NCBI GenBank assembly: GCA_028023455.1
Contig: JAQFVV010000003.1
Span: forward strand, 7,502,001 to 7,566,000
Origin: Epiperipatus broadwayi
Lineage: Eukaryota; Animalia; Onychophora
Direction: 5' to 3'
DNA length: 64,000 nt
The notes under the pieces were generated by a model. It searched no databases. It was given only the letters and a program-made list of their open reading frames with translations, and was not told the origin of the DNA. The position numbers and the translations under genes are program-made. This document shows positions 13,748 to 28,090 of the stretch, piece after piece (position 1 is the stretch's first letter; every line of letters begins with the position of its first letter).

Positions 13748-15005
13748 GTATTGCTTAATATTCATCTTTTTAAAAATAGAAGGGGGGCGTGTGCTGTATT
13801 TCCGAGATGTTTTTTCTAATAGTTAATATAATTCACGTATAAAATAATTGTTAAAGTTTAGAAAATTAAGCAGTGTACCGTCTGTCATGTTAAATCTAGT
13901 AGTTTCCGGTAGTTAATCTTTCTATTTAACTCTGGTTAAGTCTTGGTACGACTTTTAAATTATTGAATTTTATGCCTTACCATCATATATTAAATTTATC
14001 TAAATTTAAGATTTTATTACTTATAATTGATTAAAAATTTTAAACCTTGCAAAAATAAATATTTTAAATTATTGTTAATATGCAAGTTTAATTATTTGAG
14101 ATTGCCTCGCATATAAGTTAAAATTGTATCCAAAAATGAAATAATAAAAGTTAAAATACCATACACTTCCAAAGGCTAATTAGTAAAACATTAGAATTGT
14201 TTTAAGCATGCATGCATTTTGCATATACTAATGCAATGCATGTCGGTGTCGCATCTCTAAAGAGATTGGCTTATTGATTATTCAGAGAATTTTGTATATA
14301 TAAAAAACAAATACTTCTGCATGGTTCTACGATATGAAAAAAAAAGAACTGACCAACCTGAAATTAGAAATAAATCGCAAAAATTAAACTATTTATTAAC
14401 TTTAGATTCATAACAATCGATGTTTTGATTCCTGGGAAATTGCACTATATTATATTTGCCGATGATATGAATATTTGTAAAATATATTTTGGGTCTCACT
14501 TGTTATTCATTCACCCGATTTCATCCCAATTGACGACTGATTTTTTTTGTTTGTTTACTAAGCTGAGCTTTGCCATTTTCCTTCATTGCATGCTGCGATT
14601 ATTGAAGATTAATAGAGCATTAAATAGAATTGATAAAATTTGAAATGAAAATAAATATAATCAAAGCTTTGTAAACAAATAAATAAGAATAGTTGTTGGA
14701 GAAAGTTATAGAATATGTTAATGCTTTTAAAGATTTGAATTTAGCTGATGATGAAGTAGCAATAAAGAAATTAAAATTAGAATTTTAGTAGAATATATAT
14801 GTGTGTGTTAAGATATTTTGTTTATATTAAAGTACAAGAAAAGTATAGTTTGCTAGTAATTTAGATATTTCATAGTAGTTATTCTATAACAAACTTGAAT
14901 AATTTGTGAAAGGAAGAACAATAATTGGAAAGATAAGAATTAGAAATACAATGGAAAAATGTTGAAAAGAATGAGTAAAATAATATTTATTAAGGAAATT
15001 AAGAA

Positions 15006-15201
15006 AATAGTAACAACTCTATACAATAGTGTCACCTAGTGCAAACCATAGTAGTCAATGGATGCTAGCAGATTTGTGCATTAAAATCCTATCTAGTATC
15101 TACTCTGCAGTCTAGATATGAATTTTGTTACAGAAACCTAACATCCATTGATTATTATGGTTTGCACTAGATGGCACTATTGTATGGAGAAAGTTGCTAT
15201 T
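15006..15201. repeat. Short palindrome, arms 15006-15064 and 15142-15201, related to the 51.5-52.0 kb family
   Basis: tacaatagtgtcacctagtgcaaaccatagtagtcaatggatg is mirrored by catccattgattattatggtttgcactagatggcactattgta. caatggatgc.ag.ag..tt..tgcat.aaaatcc.atctagt also matches ~51505-51546. Confidence 0.85.
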
Positions 15202-15560
15202 GTTTTATCAGATTGTGTAAGCATATAAAATTGTGGTCGTGTGACATTTTAATGGTGAAATTAAGAAAAGATTGAATTTGGCATGGTATTTAAAAATAGA
15301 AAAATTATTGCATATGTTGGACGTTGTAGGGTGAGAAGATATGTAGAAAAAAAGTTGTCAGATAGTATTAAAGAAATATGATAGCTATGATTGCTTGAAG
15401 TATAGACCATATTATTTGATATGGTATTCAGAATTGATGTATGGGATTTTCCCTTTGTCAGATGATTAATGATTTTGCAATAAACATTTAAAAGGTGATG
15501 ATCATAAATACCAAGGTTGATCCTTTATCACTAAGAATATTTATATTTAAGTTGACCATT

Positions 15561-16116
15561 TATTTTAATTTTCATTGTGTTTAATGCTAATGCATCTAAT
15601 TTCTTTCTGCATATGATCACCAATACCAGGGTACATAGTAGTATCATCAGATAAAATTGTTTTGACATAAAGAATTTTACAGACATTTACATTGAAATTC
15701 ATTCTAGAATTAAATGTAGTTTTGTAAATGCTACAAGTTTCCATACCTAGAAAAGATAGCTGAAATAATGAGTTTAGACAATGGTTCAATTCTAATATCA
15801 GGAAATAACTGAAATAGTGAATTTGGACAATGGTTCAATTCTAATATCAGGAAGCTCATAGCTTTTCTTGGTGGAAGATGATAAAGCAACTATTGCCATT
15901 TCTTGCTCAAAATCTGAAACTATATAGTGCAAATTTTTTTTGATTTCACCATCAATCTCTTTCTTAGTAGTTGTGGTTAAAGAATAATCGCATTTGGTAA
16001 AAAATTTTGCTAAATCATTTGTCATATCATGACTGGTTAAATCAAAATGTGAGATTGCTGAGCGAGAGCATAATCCTCAGATGGAGACTATATGAAACAC
16101 TACCTCTGCTATCTAG
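15561..16116 (-). pseudogene. Actin pseudogene fragment (about residues 153-330), antisense in MTMR14 intron 1
   Basis: Minus-strand fragments LDSRGSVS, DFEQEMAIVALSSSTKKSYELPD, LFQLSFLGMETCSIYKTTFNS, LSDDTTMYPGIGDHMQKEI and ALALNTMKIKI are collinear with actin. Frameshifts and a 49-bp tandem duplication (15760-15853) disable it. Confidence 0.95.
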
Positions 16117-19100
16117 TATTTTTACATGCCTTCATTTTCGGCTTATTATATATTCTCAGCTTAATTTTGCATTCATATATAATGATATATTCTATCAATT
16201 ATAATGAAAGATAGTACAGTGTGTGAAATAAAACTGCTAAAATATAAAAAAGTTATTTAGAGTAATGTCATAATAAATTTATAATATATATTATAATGGG
16301 AGAAAATGATTTGACAATATAAATAAATGCAAATACACATTGTTATCTATTGTAATAATTGAAAAGTACTAAAGTACTTCTAAAAGTAATAATACTAATG
16401 ATTATATGTTTGGCTCTAGCTTGGTGCACCATATGTAATAGAAGCAGCATGTGATTTTCTCCACTGTTTTAAAATATTATATAATCATAAAAATAATGAT
16501 GATGCTCAAAAAAAATAACTTCTTTTTTTATAATCAGAATATTTTCATAATTTATGATTAGGAATGACTCATGTCTTTAAATTCAATAACTTAAGTGTTA
16601 TTTAAAATTATTGTCAGCCTACAAAATATACTTCTTGAATTAAGCTAAGTTGGTATGCATCCAACAACAATCTATCCTGCTATTCCTCAGGTCAAACATT
16701 AAAGTCAATACATGATTAAACCATTATTTCTTCTAAAAGCCATCACTGCTATTAAAAAATTTTCGTCTTTGTTTTTAACTGTATATTTTTCCATTTTAGC
16801 AGACATTTGAGATTAATTTATGAGAAGCATCCACTTATTATATCAGGACCTTTATCCTTTTTAAATTTGGGTAGTGGTTTTCATTAACAGTATTATTCCA
16901 AACTCATTTCTGATGATGAAGTCTGTGATGGTTGTCCAAATAGATTGCTGTCATGACTAAGACTTATGTTATCTATTATAGTTTCCATTGGATTCATACT
17001 TAAACTTTCTCACCAATTTGTTAAATTTTTTTTGCTATTACAGGATTTCCACATGGACATGGCTATCTAATTAATAGTAATGATTTTCCACCCATTCTCT
17101 CTATTTGACTTTCAACCACTTTTTTATTTTTTGGATTTCTCTGAAATCTCTGCAACTTTTTTTTTCTTATGTTAAATCCATGATGATGATCCCATTTTAT
17201 CTTTTATTAACTTTTATATTATTTTGTAAAAAATTACATCTCCATCATTTTTTTTTTAAAAAAGTAACACTTGCTTTTTGATAAGGGTTTTCAGTCCCAA
17301 AAATACATTAATAGTTATATTTAATGTTTTCAGTATTTTCTCCTAGGACAAAAATATTGTTTTTATTTATATACAGTGTATACAGTCCTTTATTTTTAAA
17401 TGGAAATTAATTTTGGTGATTAAATTTCTTTTCTTTTCACCATGAAATTGATGGTTGTGCATTTACATACTGCATTTCATAATCAGGCCACTTAATCAAT
17501 GGTTTATTGGTCTTTGCCTATAAACATTTGATCTACCTTACTAGAAAGATTATGCCATATTATTCTGATAATCTAGGTTTTTTTTTTTAATAAAAGATAG
17601 TCTTTCAAGATTCACACTTTTAACACCTGACTTCTTAAAGAATTTTGTGTAAAGTTCTCCTGCTTTGTACTTCTCCTAAAGTATATGATATATGATTTCA
17701 TTTTTATAGTGTTCATTGCAGTAGCTTTTTAACAGAATTTTCTTTATCCTTGAAAACTATTAAAAAATTAATCTAACCAGACTTAGAATTCCTCTTCCCT
17801 CACAAATGGCTAAGTGATAACCAACTTTCCTAATTCTATTATTGGCTTTAAGCTGAAATATCTGTCTATTTGAGTGTACTTTTAATTCCTCTTCTAAATG
17901 GCCTCTAAAGGTTTGTATTTTTAAAATTGGTTAATTACTCCAGATATTATTATAACTTCTTTGGTTTAAACTTGGGCTTTCTACAGTTGCTTCTTTTTTT
18001 CTTGTTATCATAGTATTCATTTTTCTTTAAAAATATTTATGCAGAGGTTCTTTATCTTAAGATTTCCACTTATCTGCTATGACAGATCTTTATCCTTCCC
18101 TTTATGGTTGACCATTAGATTTCTTATCCATCCTAATATCTCTTCCTGGATCTTTGAAGATTCTGTTTTTTATATATGCTCATTCACTTCCCTCTTGATT
18201 TCTTGATAGTAATTATAGCAGTATTTTTTTTAGCCTCTTTCATTTCTTCTTTCTCTATTTGCATTATTTTTATCCATTCTATTATCAGTTTGATATCTTT
18301 TAATATTCTTTCAACAGTTTTCAGATTTTGCATTCTGACATCTTAGTCCTGCAGCATCACATTTTTTATCTTTTTCTGCTCTATCCATGTCAAGTAAATT
18401 TTCCAAAATGTTCATCCAAATCACACACGCATATATGTATTAAATTAAAAATTTAGATGGATTTATTATGATGTAAGCAAAGGGATAAAGGGATTATTTC
18501 CATATAGTGACTGGAGAAATGTTTTAGTAATATTGTTGCTGGGCAACTATCACTTGCTATTGATAGCCTTTAATTTAACAATATGCTTTAATAATCCACA
18601 AAATTTTTTTTTTTGTCTTGGATTTATTTTAGAAATAAATGAAGATCTATATTATAACTAACCTGAAGTGTTATATGGACTTAAACTTAGATATATAGTT
18701 TTATAAGCATGACGATTTAAAGAATTTAATCTCTTTATATCATAATTATTTAATTTAATATATATAGTTGTCTAGGGAAATGAAATAATATTTACAGGCT
18801 ATAAAGGTGAGAGTCTTCTAAACTGTCATACATATAAAAATATATGTCTGGGTTAAAATTCATGCAACATCTTGAAATAGAATTTAAAAGAAATATCCAT
18901 TTATTTCTAAATAAACCCAAGGTAAAAAGTATTGTGGTTTTCAATAGTAATTAATAGTTACTATTCACACCATTGTTAACTTTTTTGTTTACATAAATCT
19001 ATGTAAATATTTCATTTAACATATATAGCTCTCTAGATCTGGGGAGAGGTGAAATATTATTTATTGGATATAATGAGATGAAATTCTTTCTAAGTATTCA

Positions 19101-21294
19101 CATCTATAAGAATATATATTTGGGTGATAATATCCTTAGATTAGAAATAAAAAATCTTTCATTTCTAAGTAAACCTAGGGCAAAAGTATTATTGACTACT
19201 AGAGCAAGTTGTTAGTTTAAAGACTATCAATAGTATTTGATAATTATATAGCAATACCACTGCTAACATATTTCTCTGGTCATTACATAGAAATAATTTC
19301 ATTTACTTCATATGTTAACTCATTCATGAAAATCATCAGTGAATAACTCTTTAATACAGCCAAAATTACAATCACCTTCATATATTTTAATTTCTAATCA
19401 GTAACTTCTTAAGCAATCAATTGGCAAAGGTGCTAGTCATTATTTAATAGCCCACAATTTTTTTAAATAAATATAGTTCTTATAATGCTTATCTGAATAT
19501 TTGTAATAATGGTATTTTATTTCTAGTTTATGTCAGATTATTTCCATAATCTATTTAAATTGTTAAATGTTTTTTTTTTTTTTTTTAGAAAGTTTCAAAC
19601 TTTTCCAAATACATTACACTATTAATAATAACATACAGGTTAGTGCCAGTGGCAGTCTGGCACAGGAATTGAATCAGTAGTTTTATATATATGAATACTG
19701 AATTTATGGTAGCACTTCAACAAACTAGATAAATATAACTATAAAAAAAATGTATAGCTTTAGTTTGAAGTCCAGATTTAATATGAAGGCATTCTGTTAT
19801 TTTTCTTTTAGTTGTCTAAGATTGTTTGTTTGGCAACAAAAAATCATGTCCATAATGCTTCTTGATTCTTTAAAACCATATACTTATCTATAACCAGAAA
19901 CAATCTAATCAACAAAATTCTTGAAGATACTTTTTCTCTAATGGATAATAATGATATTTCTCGATAATTAATGACCCTATTTTTCTTGTAAATTAAAACA
20001 ATAGAAGTGTCCCCAAATTAGGCAGCATGTTTTCATAGTTCCATATGAACCTAAAAAATTACAGTTTTGAAGCTTTATATATCATCATATTTTAAAACTT
20101 CTACAGTATCTTATCAAGACCTATAGTCTTTCTATTTTTTAAGATTTCAGAGAACTTTTGACTTAATTATCTAGATATTTTTGTTCACATCTAAATGAGT
20201 AGATAGAAGAATATATCATTAAAAGCTCTCATCTTAATTTTTGTACCATTATTCAAAACGTGATTAATATATTCCTTTCGTATGTTTGAGATATTGTTAT
20301 TATCACATAAGATCGCTATCTCATTGTAATAGCATTATATCTTGAAATATTCTTAGTAGCTGTTGAACTTCAGCTATTAAATCTCTAATACAGTTTATGA
20401 AGTTTCACATTCAGTTTATTATTTTCAAAGCAGGAAATATAACATTTTCTTTTAATAAAGTTATTAATAAATAGAAATATTGTGAGGGAAATAGCCAGAA
20501 TTTTATTTTAATGAATCTAAGAACAAACTTATTTGTATCAACAGCACACATCTTAAGAAAACTCCATGCCTCAGAAAAATGATCAACTTCAAAATCCAAA
20601 TTGCTAAGTTTAGTACATAACAAGTCTTGAAGTATTTCAAGTTGTATTTTCTAATTAAAAAATATTTAATAGGTAATGGTTTGCAAAACAAACTTTACAT
20701 TATTAATCTTAAGCGGGAATTCAACCATTGTATATAAATAATCTAAGTAAATGAGTATTATATAATGCTTTGCATAATGTAATGCAGTTTTAGAATGGCA
20801 ATTCTATATATCAAGTTTCATGGATTATGGTTAATCTGTGCCATCTCTCATGCTTAAATTTTCTATGAAATCCCAATTTGATTACTTGCACACATTAAAA
20901 ACAATAAATATCATATTCAATTAATATATACACCCATTTTATAATAAAATTAAACTAAAAATAAATTTTTGTTTTAATCACATAGATATATATTTGAGAA
21001 AAATAAAAACATTGAATAAGATTAAAAAAACAACAACTTATCTTTAAATTAGATTTTAATATATAGTTTACAATAATTTAAAAAAATAAATTTCTGTTAA
21101 ATTATAAAAAGGAAAAAATTAATCAGTTAATTGTGCAGCAAATTTATATTCTTTTTATTTAAAAATATATACATATATTTCACTCTTGATTAGAATCACA
21201 CATTTCTAATTTGAATAAAATATACAGCAATTAACTTGATGGGATACAATTCCTGGCATATTATTTATAAGTTGTAATATATAAATATTTTAAC

Positions 21295-21833
21295 AGCATA
21301 CTTTTTCTCTTTACCACATTTTTATTACTATAAACTTTAGTAATTAATAGATGCAGATAATAGTGCTTAATAAATCCGTATTCAGTATCACTAGGCTAGT
21401 TTCAGGCTTATGGATTTTGTCATTGAGGAACTTTGGATTTTGGACCAGTCTCTGGACCAAAAGGATCTAATTTACCTTTCCTCTCCCAGCTGACATTTAT
21501 CTTTCTGTTTCACTATCAAGCTATCAGTCCAATTTTGAAAAACATATAAATGTTGTCAATCTAAGCCAGCTTGTCTGTGTTAGGTTGATTGCTTAATAGT
21601 GAAACAGAAAGCTTGTAAATGATGAATGGCAGAGAAAAAATGTATTAGATTCGAATGGACCAGATCAAGATCCAGAGCTCTACTGATGAAAACCACAAGC
21701 TTGAAACTAGTCTGGGGGTATTGGATAGGACAACACTGGATAGGGATGTATTAAGCACTATCATCTGCATCTATTAATTACTAAAGTTTATAGTAAATGG
21801 CATAAATGTGGTAAAGAAAAAAAGTATGTTGCT
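21295..21833. repeat. Palindromic element, arms ~21295-21521 and ~21591-21833, hammerhead-bearing family
   Basis: tactataaactttagtaattaatagatgcagataatagtgcttaata is mirrored almost perfectly at ~21750-21795. gaaactagtctgggg.tattgga is shared with 51868-51890. Confidence 0.9.
21677..21718 (+). ncRNA. Minimal type I hammerhead ribozyme motif
   Basis: ctcta-CTGATGA-aaac-cacaa-gctt-GAAAC-TA-GTC-tgggg. Core nucleotides intact, helix I has 5 bp including G-U pairs, helix II has one mismatch, helix III is the palindrome ACTAGT. Confidence 0.65.
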
Positions 21834-22499
21834 GAAATAACATTAAGTAAGCTGAAGTCATGTGATATTTTATTGGTTTTAATATAAAAATATATGTATT
21901 TTCAAGCAGTTTTTTTTTTTCACTCTTGAATAAAATTGTTAATTTGAAAATTAAACATTATCATGTCAATGTAGGGAGGGGTTTTGATGTTATATGACCA
22001 TGGTTAATTGGGGAGTTCCCTGTTCTGAAACTAAATAGTATATAGTGACAAATTGATTTTTCTTTATGCATTATTATGGACACTCTCTATTAATTCATTT
22101 ATGTGCTTGTCTGTAGTTTGATTAACCAACTTTGTTTCATATATTTAAGTACATTTTGACATATAACTGAATGTGTGTTAAATAATTACAATTAATAATC
22201 ATATGTATTGCAATTAGCTTCAGGGATTCAGCTTCCCACAAAATGAATACACATACAGTATATATATGGAACTTTTCAAGAGTTGATTTTGATTTTTTTT
22301 ACTCCTGATTAGAATTACACATTTCTAATTTTAATAACTGCATATAAAAATCATTTATATAATAATTAGTTTAATGGTATATAGTTCCTCAGCATTCTAT
22401 TTATAAGTTTTATAAGTGGTTATACATTCAGTTCATGGATAAAAGAATAGATATAATGATTATAAGGATATGAAATATTTTTTTAAAAAAATTTGATAA

Positions 22500-22980
22500 T
22501 AACACTACACAGAATGAAAGAAGAAATGGGTTAAAAATATATCTAATTATAACAAAGAAGTACAATTTTTACAAAAAATAAATCAACTATTTCCATTTAT
22601 GGATAACAACATGTATAAGGATACAATTGTTATTATGAAATTAGCAGATATTATAAAAGAATTAAAATTAAATGTACAAAGATTGATAACAATATTAATA
22701 TAAAAAAAAAGACTGACAAACGAAAATAGAAAAAAATATATATAAAAAAATAAATTAGGACTAATATTAAAAAGGAAATAATAATGTATGAAGATAAAAG
22801 TACAAAACATGATTTTGGAAAAGATTGACGATTATAAAAAAAATAATGGAGGCAATGATGACTTGTGTATAGGCCCTTATAATATTCATGATGTCTTTTT
22901 TCTTTCTTTCTTTATACTTATACATTATATAATTCATAAGCACCAAAGTAAAACAAAAAGAGTGGATCAAGCTTGAACTG
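22500..22980 (+). mobile_element. Possible decayed Penelope-like RT/linker fragment
   Basis: Purine-rich broken frame containing NYNKEVQFLQKI, reminiscent of the PLE post-RT helix (Y..E...L..IA). No other diagnostic motif. Confidence 0.3.
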
Positions 22981-23629
22981 TAACAATTTAGGCTGTTAGT
23001 AAGTAAAAAAGGTAAATATTACAGCTGTATTCATCTGGTAGTCATTATTCTAACTTTGTGATCTCATAAAATAATGCCTGCACAGTATTTTCGGACAAAT
23101 GGCAATCTAAAATTTCATTTTTTTTAAAAAAAAAAAAACAACAACAACATGTATTTACCTTAAAATGATAACATTTATTCTGATCAAAATAATGAGCAAT
23201 CGCTGGGGCAGACTGAACTTTTTGCTAACCTACTAAATAGAAATGAAAGTGTCCGTTTCTTTGTGCCAGCATTTTTGCATGACATCACGACATAGTTTAA
23301 AATGTTAAATTAGTAGCTAAAGCAAGATTTTCAGTAACAAGTTTATCCCAATCGGAAGATTATGTAATACTGAGGTGAAAAATCATTTATTTTTCGTTTG
23401 GAAGATTGTAAATGTGTTCAGTTAAGTGCTAATTTACAGAATTGTTTCTGAGGTAGGGTTTCATTCACAGCAAGTCTAATAATTGTTTATGATTTTATCA
23501 AGTTTATGTATAATAATTTTTTTTTACATGTTTGGTTCGTTTTACACAATATTAAAACAATGGTTAAAAATTTTCTGAACCAGCATCTCCACAAATTTTA
23601 GTTATGAGCTGTCACTGAATGGAGGTTTT

Positions 23630-26500
23630 AATCATCCTCATTTTCAACAATTATTGATCCAATGCAGGATGAAAATCTCTCCAAGTTCAATCCATCTTTT
23701 CCAATCTCTACCCCTCTTCTCCACAACACCCCAGCACATTTGCTTATTTCATTGCCCATCTCACATGTGGTCTCTTTTTAGGTCTTTTACAATCTTTTGG
23801 CATCCCGGTTAAGATTTAAACTGTCCATCTACTATTATTTTTTCTAGCAATATGTCCAGCCCAACTTCATTTCAGTCTTAATTCTTTCAATGATGTCAGC
23901 AACACCTGTTTGTTTTCTCACCCGTATATTTCTTTTTTGATCTCTTCTTGTTACTCCTAACATGCATCTTTCTATACCTTTCTGAATGGTATGGAGTCTC
24001 TATATTTCTCTTCTATGAAGTGTCTAAGTCTCGGATCCATAAGAACTGGTAAAACACATTTATTGCAAACCTTCCTTTTCAAACACATAGGCATATTTCC
24101 TTTTAATATTAAATTATTTCTACCAAAAGCACTCAAACCAAGTTTAATTCTATGATTAATTTCATCCATTATGTTTCCATCTGTAGTAATAATCTATCCA
24201 AGATGTTTGTAATTGTTAACTTCTAACTCATCATTATCAATCTTTATTTTCTTATTTTGAGAAAATCCATTGATCATTAATTAGTCTTTTTAACATTTAC
24301 CTTTAATCCTATTTTCTTACTTTCATCTGATAACTCTTGCAACATTTCCTGAAGCTCTAAAGCATTATTTGCAAAAACAATTATATCATCTGCAAAATCT
24401 AGATGACTTAAATAATTTCTTTTTTTTTCCTTTTAATCCACAAAATACTTCTTGCAAAACTGCTGTAAAAAGTTTTGGAGATATGGAGTCACCCTGTCAT
24501 ACACCCTTCTCAATGTTAATCTTTTTAGTATCATTATGTAATCTAATTGTTGCTGTTGCATTTTTATAAATATTCTTCAGAATATGACAATATCCTGGGT
24601 CTACTTTATGATCCAATGCTTTAATCACTGAAGAAATGCTTATAGAATCAAATGCCTTTTTATAATCTACAAATCCAAATCAAAGCATAATGGCAACTCA
24701 TATTCATTGGTCCTTTCTATAACTTCTCTCAATACTTGGATATGATCCACTGTACTAAAACCACTTTTAAATCCAGCTTGTTCTTTTGGTTGGTTAAAAT
24801 CCAAAGTTTGCTGTAGATAAGTTATAATTATTTTGGTAAAAATTTTGTATAAAACTGATAAAAGACTGATAGGTCTATAATTTCTAATATCTTCTTTATC
24901 ACCTTTTTTAAATATTAATATTAATACTGCATTCTTCCAATCATCTGGTACATCTTTATCATTTAGACATTTGGTATATAACTTTGCCAAAAAATTTTTC
25001 TATTTCTTCACCTACTTCTTTTAAGATATCGATTATAATTCCATCATTACCTGGAGTTTTTTCCTTCTTCATAAATTTAATTGCATGTCTCATTTCTTCA
25101 TTTAAAATCCTGGGCAATTCAGAAGATATAGTAGTTGTAGGAGATACTTTTTCTTGTTCTTTATTGCTATATAATTCTTGATAGAACTCTTCTACACATT
25201 TCATGATGTCATCTCTCTTTTTAGTAATAGTTCCATCTTTTTTTCTTATTGCACATATAACTTTCCTACTAGTACCAAAATGTTGTTTTACACTCTTGAG
25301 ACTTTTATTCTCTTCTATAGCTTTCCTTGCTAGTTCACAATTATACTTTCTTATATCATTATCAACTCTTTTTCACACCATTTTACAAAATTCAAGATAT
25401 TCAATCTTCTTTTAATGCATCATTTTTATATATTTTCATATTCCTTTTTTTCCTTCATAAATTGTCTTGTCTCAGTAGAAATTTTACTGGTCAATTGCTG
25501 CTTTTTTCTACCAGCTATCTTTGTTGCAGTTTTTAAAAGTATATCAGTTATCTTCCTATTGATTTCATTCAAATCTGAATCATGTTCAAAATCTGTTAAT
25601 ATTTGAAAATGATTTGCAAGTTCTAATTTAAATTCATTGAAATGTTTCTGAAGATTAGGAATATCAACTATGAATATTGTTTTTCTTAATAATTTTTGTC
25701 TTTAGTTTTGCATTAATATGTATCTTACATCTCACTAATCAATGGTCACTTCCTGTGTTGAATTTATTAAGAATATTACAATCTTGAAATATATATTTTC
25801 TGTTAGTCAAAGTATAATCCAATTCTGCTGTACCTTCATTTGGATGCTTCCATGTCCATTTCCATTGTAACATTTTTTTCAAAAAAAGAAGGCATAATAT
25901 AAAGTGGGATTTTTTTTCCCTGCAAATTCCACAAGTCTATGACCTCTCTCGTTTCTATCACCATAACCAAATTTACTTACAGCACTTTCATCTTTCAATT
26001 ATTTATCAATTCTAGTATTAAAGTCTCCCATGACAATTTTAAAATGTTGTTTTGTCTGATCAAAAGTCTTAATAAAAATTCTCAACTTCATCATCACAAT
26101 GAGAACTTGTTGGGACATAAATCTGAATTATCTGCATTGATGTCTGCTATTAAGTTGAATAACTAATTTTGTTACTCTGTCTGATACATCATCAATCTTC
26201 ACAATGTTTCTCTTCCACTTTTTATTTATAATGATTCCTACTCCAGTTGTACTTCCAATATTTATGCCTTTGTAATACAGTACATGTCCACTTTTTAAAT
26301 TCAGTTGTGTCTAACTTTTCTTCTAATTTCATAAAGTCCAATAATGTCTCATTTAATATGAGACAGTTCTTCCAATTCTTACAGTCTTTCTTCATTTGAA
26401 AGTGATCTGCAGTTGTAAGTACCTAAATAAAATGTAGTCATCAAATGGCAGCCTGGGTCCACAATCAGAAGATTTTTAGTACCTTCACCCGCCAACTGCT
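23630..26500 (-). mobile_element. Decayed near-full-length RTE-clade LINE (APE endonuclease plus RT)
   Basis: Minus strand: LGTYNCRSLSNEERL (APE start, ~26430), EKTPGNDGI, DWKNAVLILIFKKGDKEDIRNYRPISLLSVLYKIFTKII, EQAGFKSGFSTVDHI, DEINHRIKLGLSAFGR and a short 3' end. Many stops and frameshifts. Confidence 0.9.
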
Positions 26501-27149
26501 ATCTTGGCTGGCAACTTTACAACTTGGAAATAAGGGCTATGATTTATTGTTGTTTTTTATGTTTGTAAATGTTTATTAGAAAGAAAAAAAAATTGTTTAC
26601 ACACATTCATTTTGCCTTCAAGAAAACTCAACTGAATTCAGTTACGAGCTATCAAGCAATTGAGAAGAAAGACTATGTGGTTTCTTGATCATAAGCTTGA
26701 AAGTGTAAAGCCAGTAAACTTACCATCCTGGCTAATGTGTGTTGGTGAGCAGCCCATCTATGTTCATATATTATATTAATAATCACATAGTAATAACAGC
26801 TGCAATGACAAAAATATATGAAGTGGACATAATTACTACATTGTAATATAACATTATAAAAAGAGCCAAGGTAAAATATAAAATTTTATTAAATTATATA
26901 AAAGAAAACCTATTAATGGCTGAGCAAAATATAGATTTTTATATTTTGTAGCATTTAAGCATTCGTATGTGTTTCATAAAATTAAATACATAAAGATAAT
27001 ATATCTATTAGATTGTTTTTGACATTTAGTGATTATATACTTAAAAAGTTATTAAAGATGATTTATAATAAGTTTGTAAAAGCTATAAGTTGTGGTAAAC
27101 TTAATATTATGGATTCAGAAGAAATAATAAATAATGTGTATAAATCAAA

Positions 27150-28090
27150 ATTAAGTAGGAATTGAATTATTGCATTAATTTGATGTAGAAAGATGTATCA
27201 AAACATAACAAGAAAAAATATATCAAAGTAATAATACATAAAATAAAATAATAAAATGTTGAAAAATGGATTTTAATTATAGAAAATGTAATATTACCAA
27301 TTAGTAACACTCAACATGTATTTTAAACATAAATAGGAGTTTTGGAAAATTAGTAAAAGAAATTATAAAATATAGGTATGTAGTTGATATCATTATAATG
27401 GCCAATAACCAACATGTAATTAATGCATATAATGAAATAAAATATTTGACACGTTTTTAGAAATAAATAAGCAGAGAATAGTAACTATAAAACAGTACAT
27501 CAAAGAAAAAAATAATCAGTCCATATATCAATTTTAGAATCAAAAAACTGCAGGTTTAAAAGGTATAAGATAAAAAATGATATCTTAACATTAAATGCTA
27601 GAGTGAAAATGCAAAAATAACCGATTGAAAGTGAGTACATTATACAACATGATATTAATAGGATTTTAAATAATAATAATATTAATGTAAAAAAAGGAAA
27701 AACAAACACTAGTGCGCAAAAAATGGAGGGGAGATCAGTACTTTGCATAACCATATTTAATAGAAGAATATAAAAACTAAGTAAAGAAATATGAAAAGAG
27801 ATTGTAAAATTAGGATGAAGAAATAAAAAACTTTTAATAAGTTAATAATTAATGTTAAAAATAAAAATAATATCTAAAATAAAATAGCAATAATTTATAA
27901 AATTGATTATGGAATATAATAAGTTTTGTATGGATCAGTTGGAGAAAACAATAAGAAAAGAAGCATGACAGAACAACAAACGAGAATAAAAAGTCAGGCT
28001 GTGTAACCATTTTTTGAATATAAGTCACAAAGCAGATTGTAAAACGAATATGAAAGTTATAAAATATGTTAAAAATATTAGAAAAAAAAA
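27150..28090 (+). mobile_element. Decayed Penelope-like element (RT plus GIY-YIG)
   Basis: FDVE(K)MYQNI across a frameshift (~27180), IIKYRYVVDIII (~27365) and IYKIDY...YGSVG..KRSMTEQ..IKSQAV (~27895-27990), in PLE domain order. Confidence 0.6.

Noticed and set aside
16600-18420. Purine-rich, ORF-like decayed tract on the - strand
   Set aside because: Probably an old transposase or retroelement ORF, but no diagnostic motif could be read, so no family call is made.
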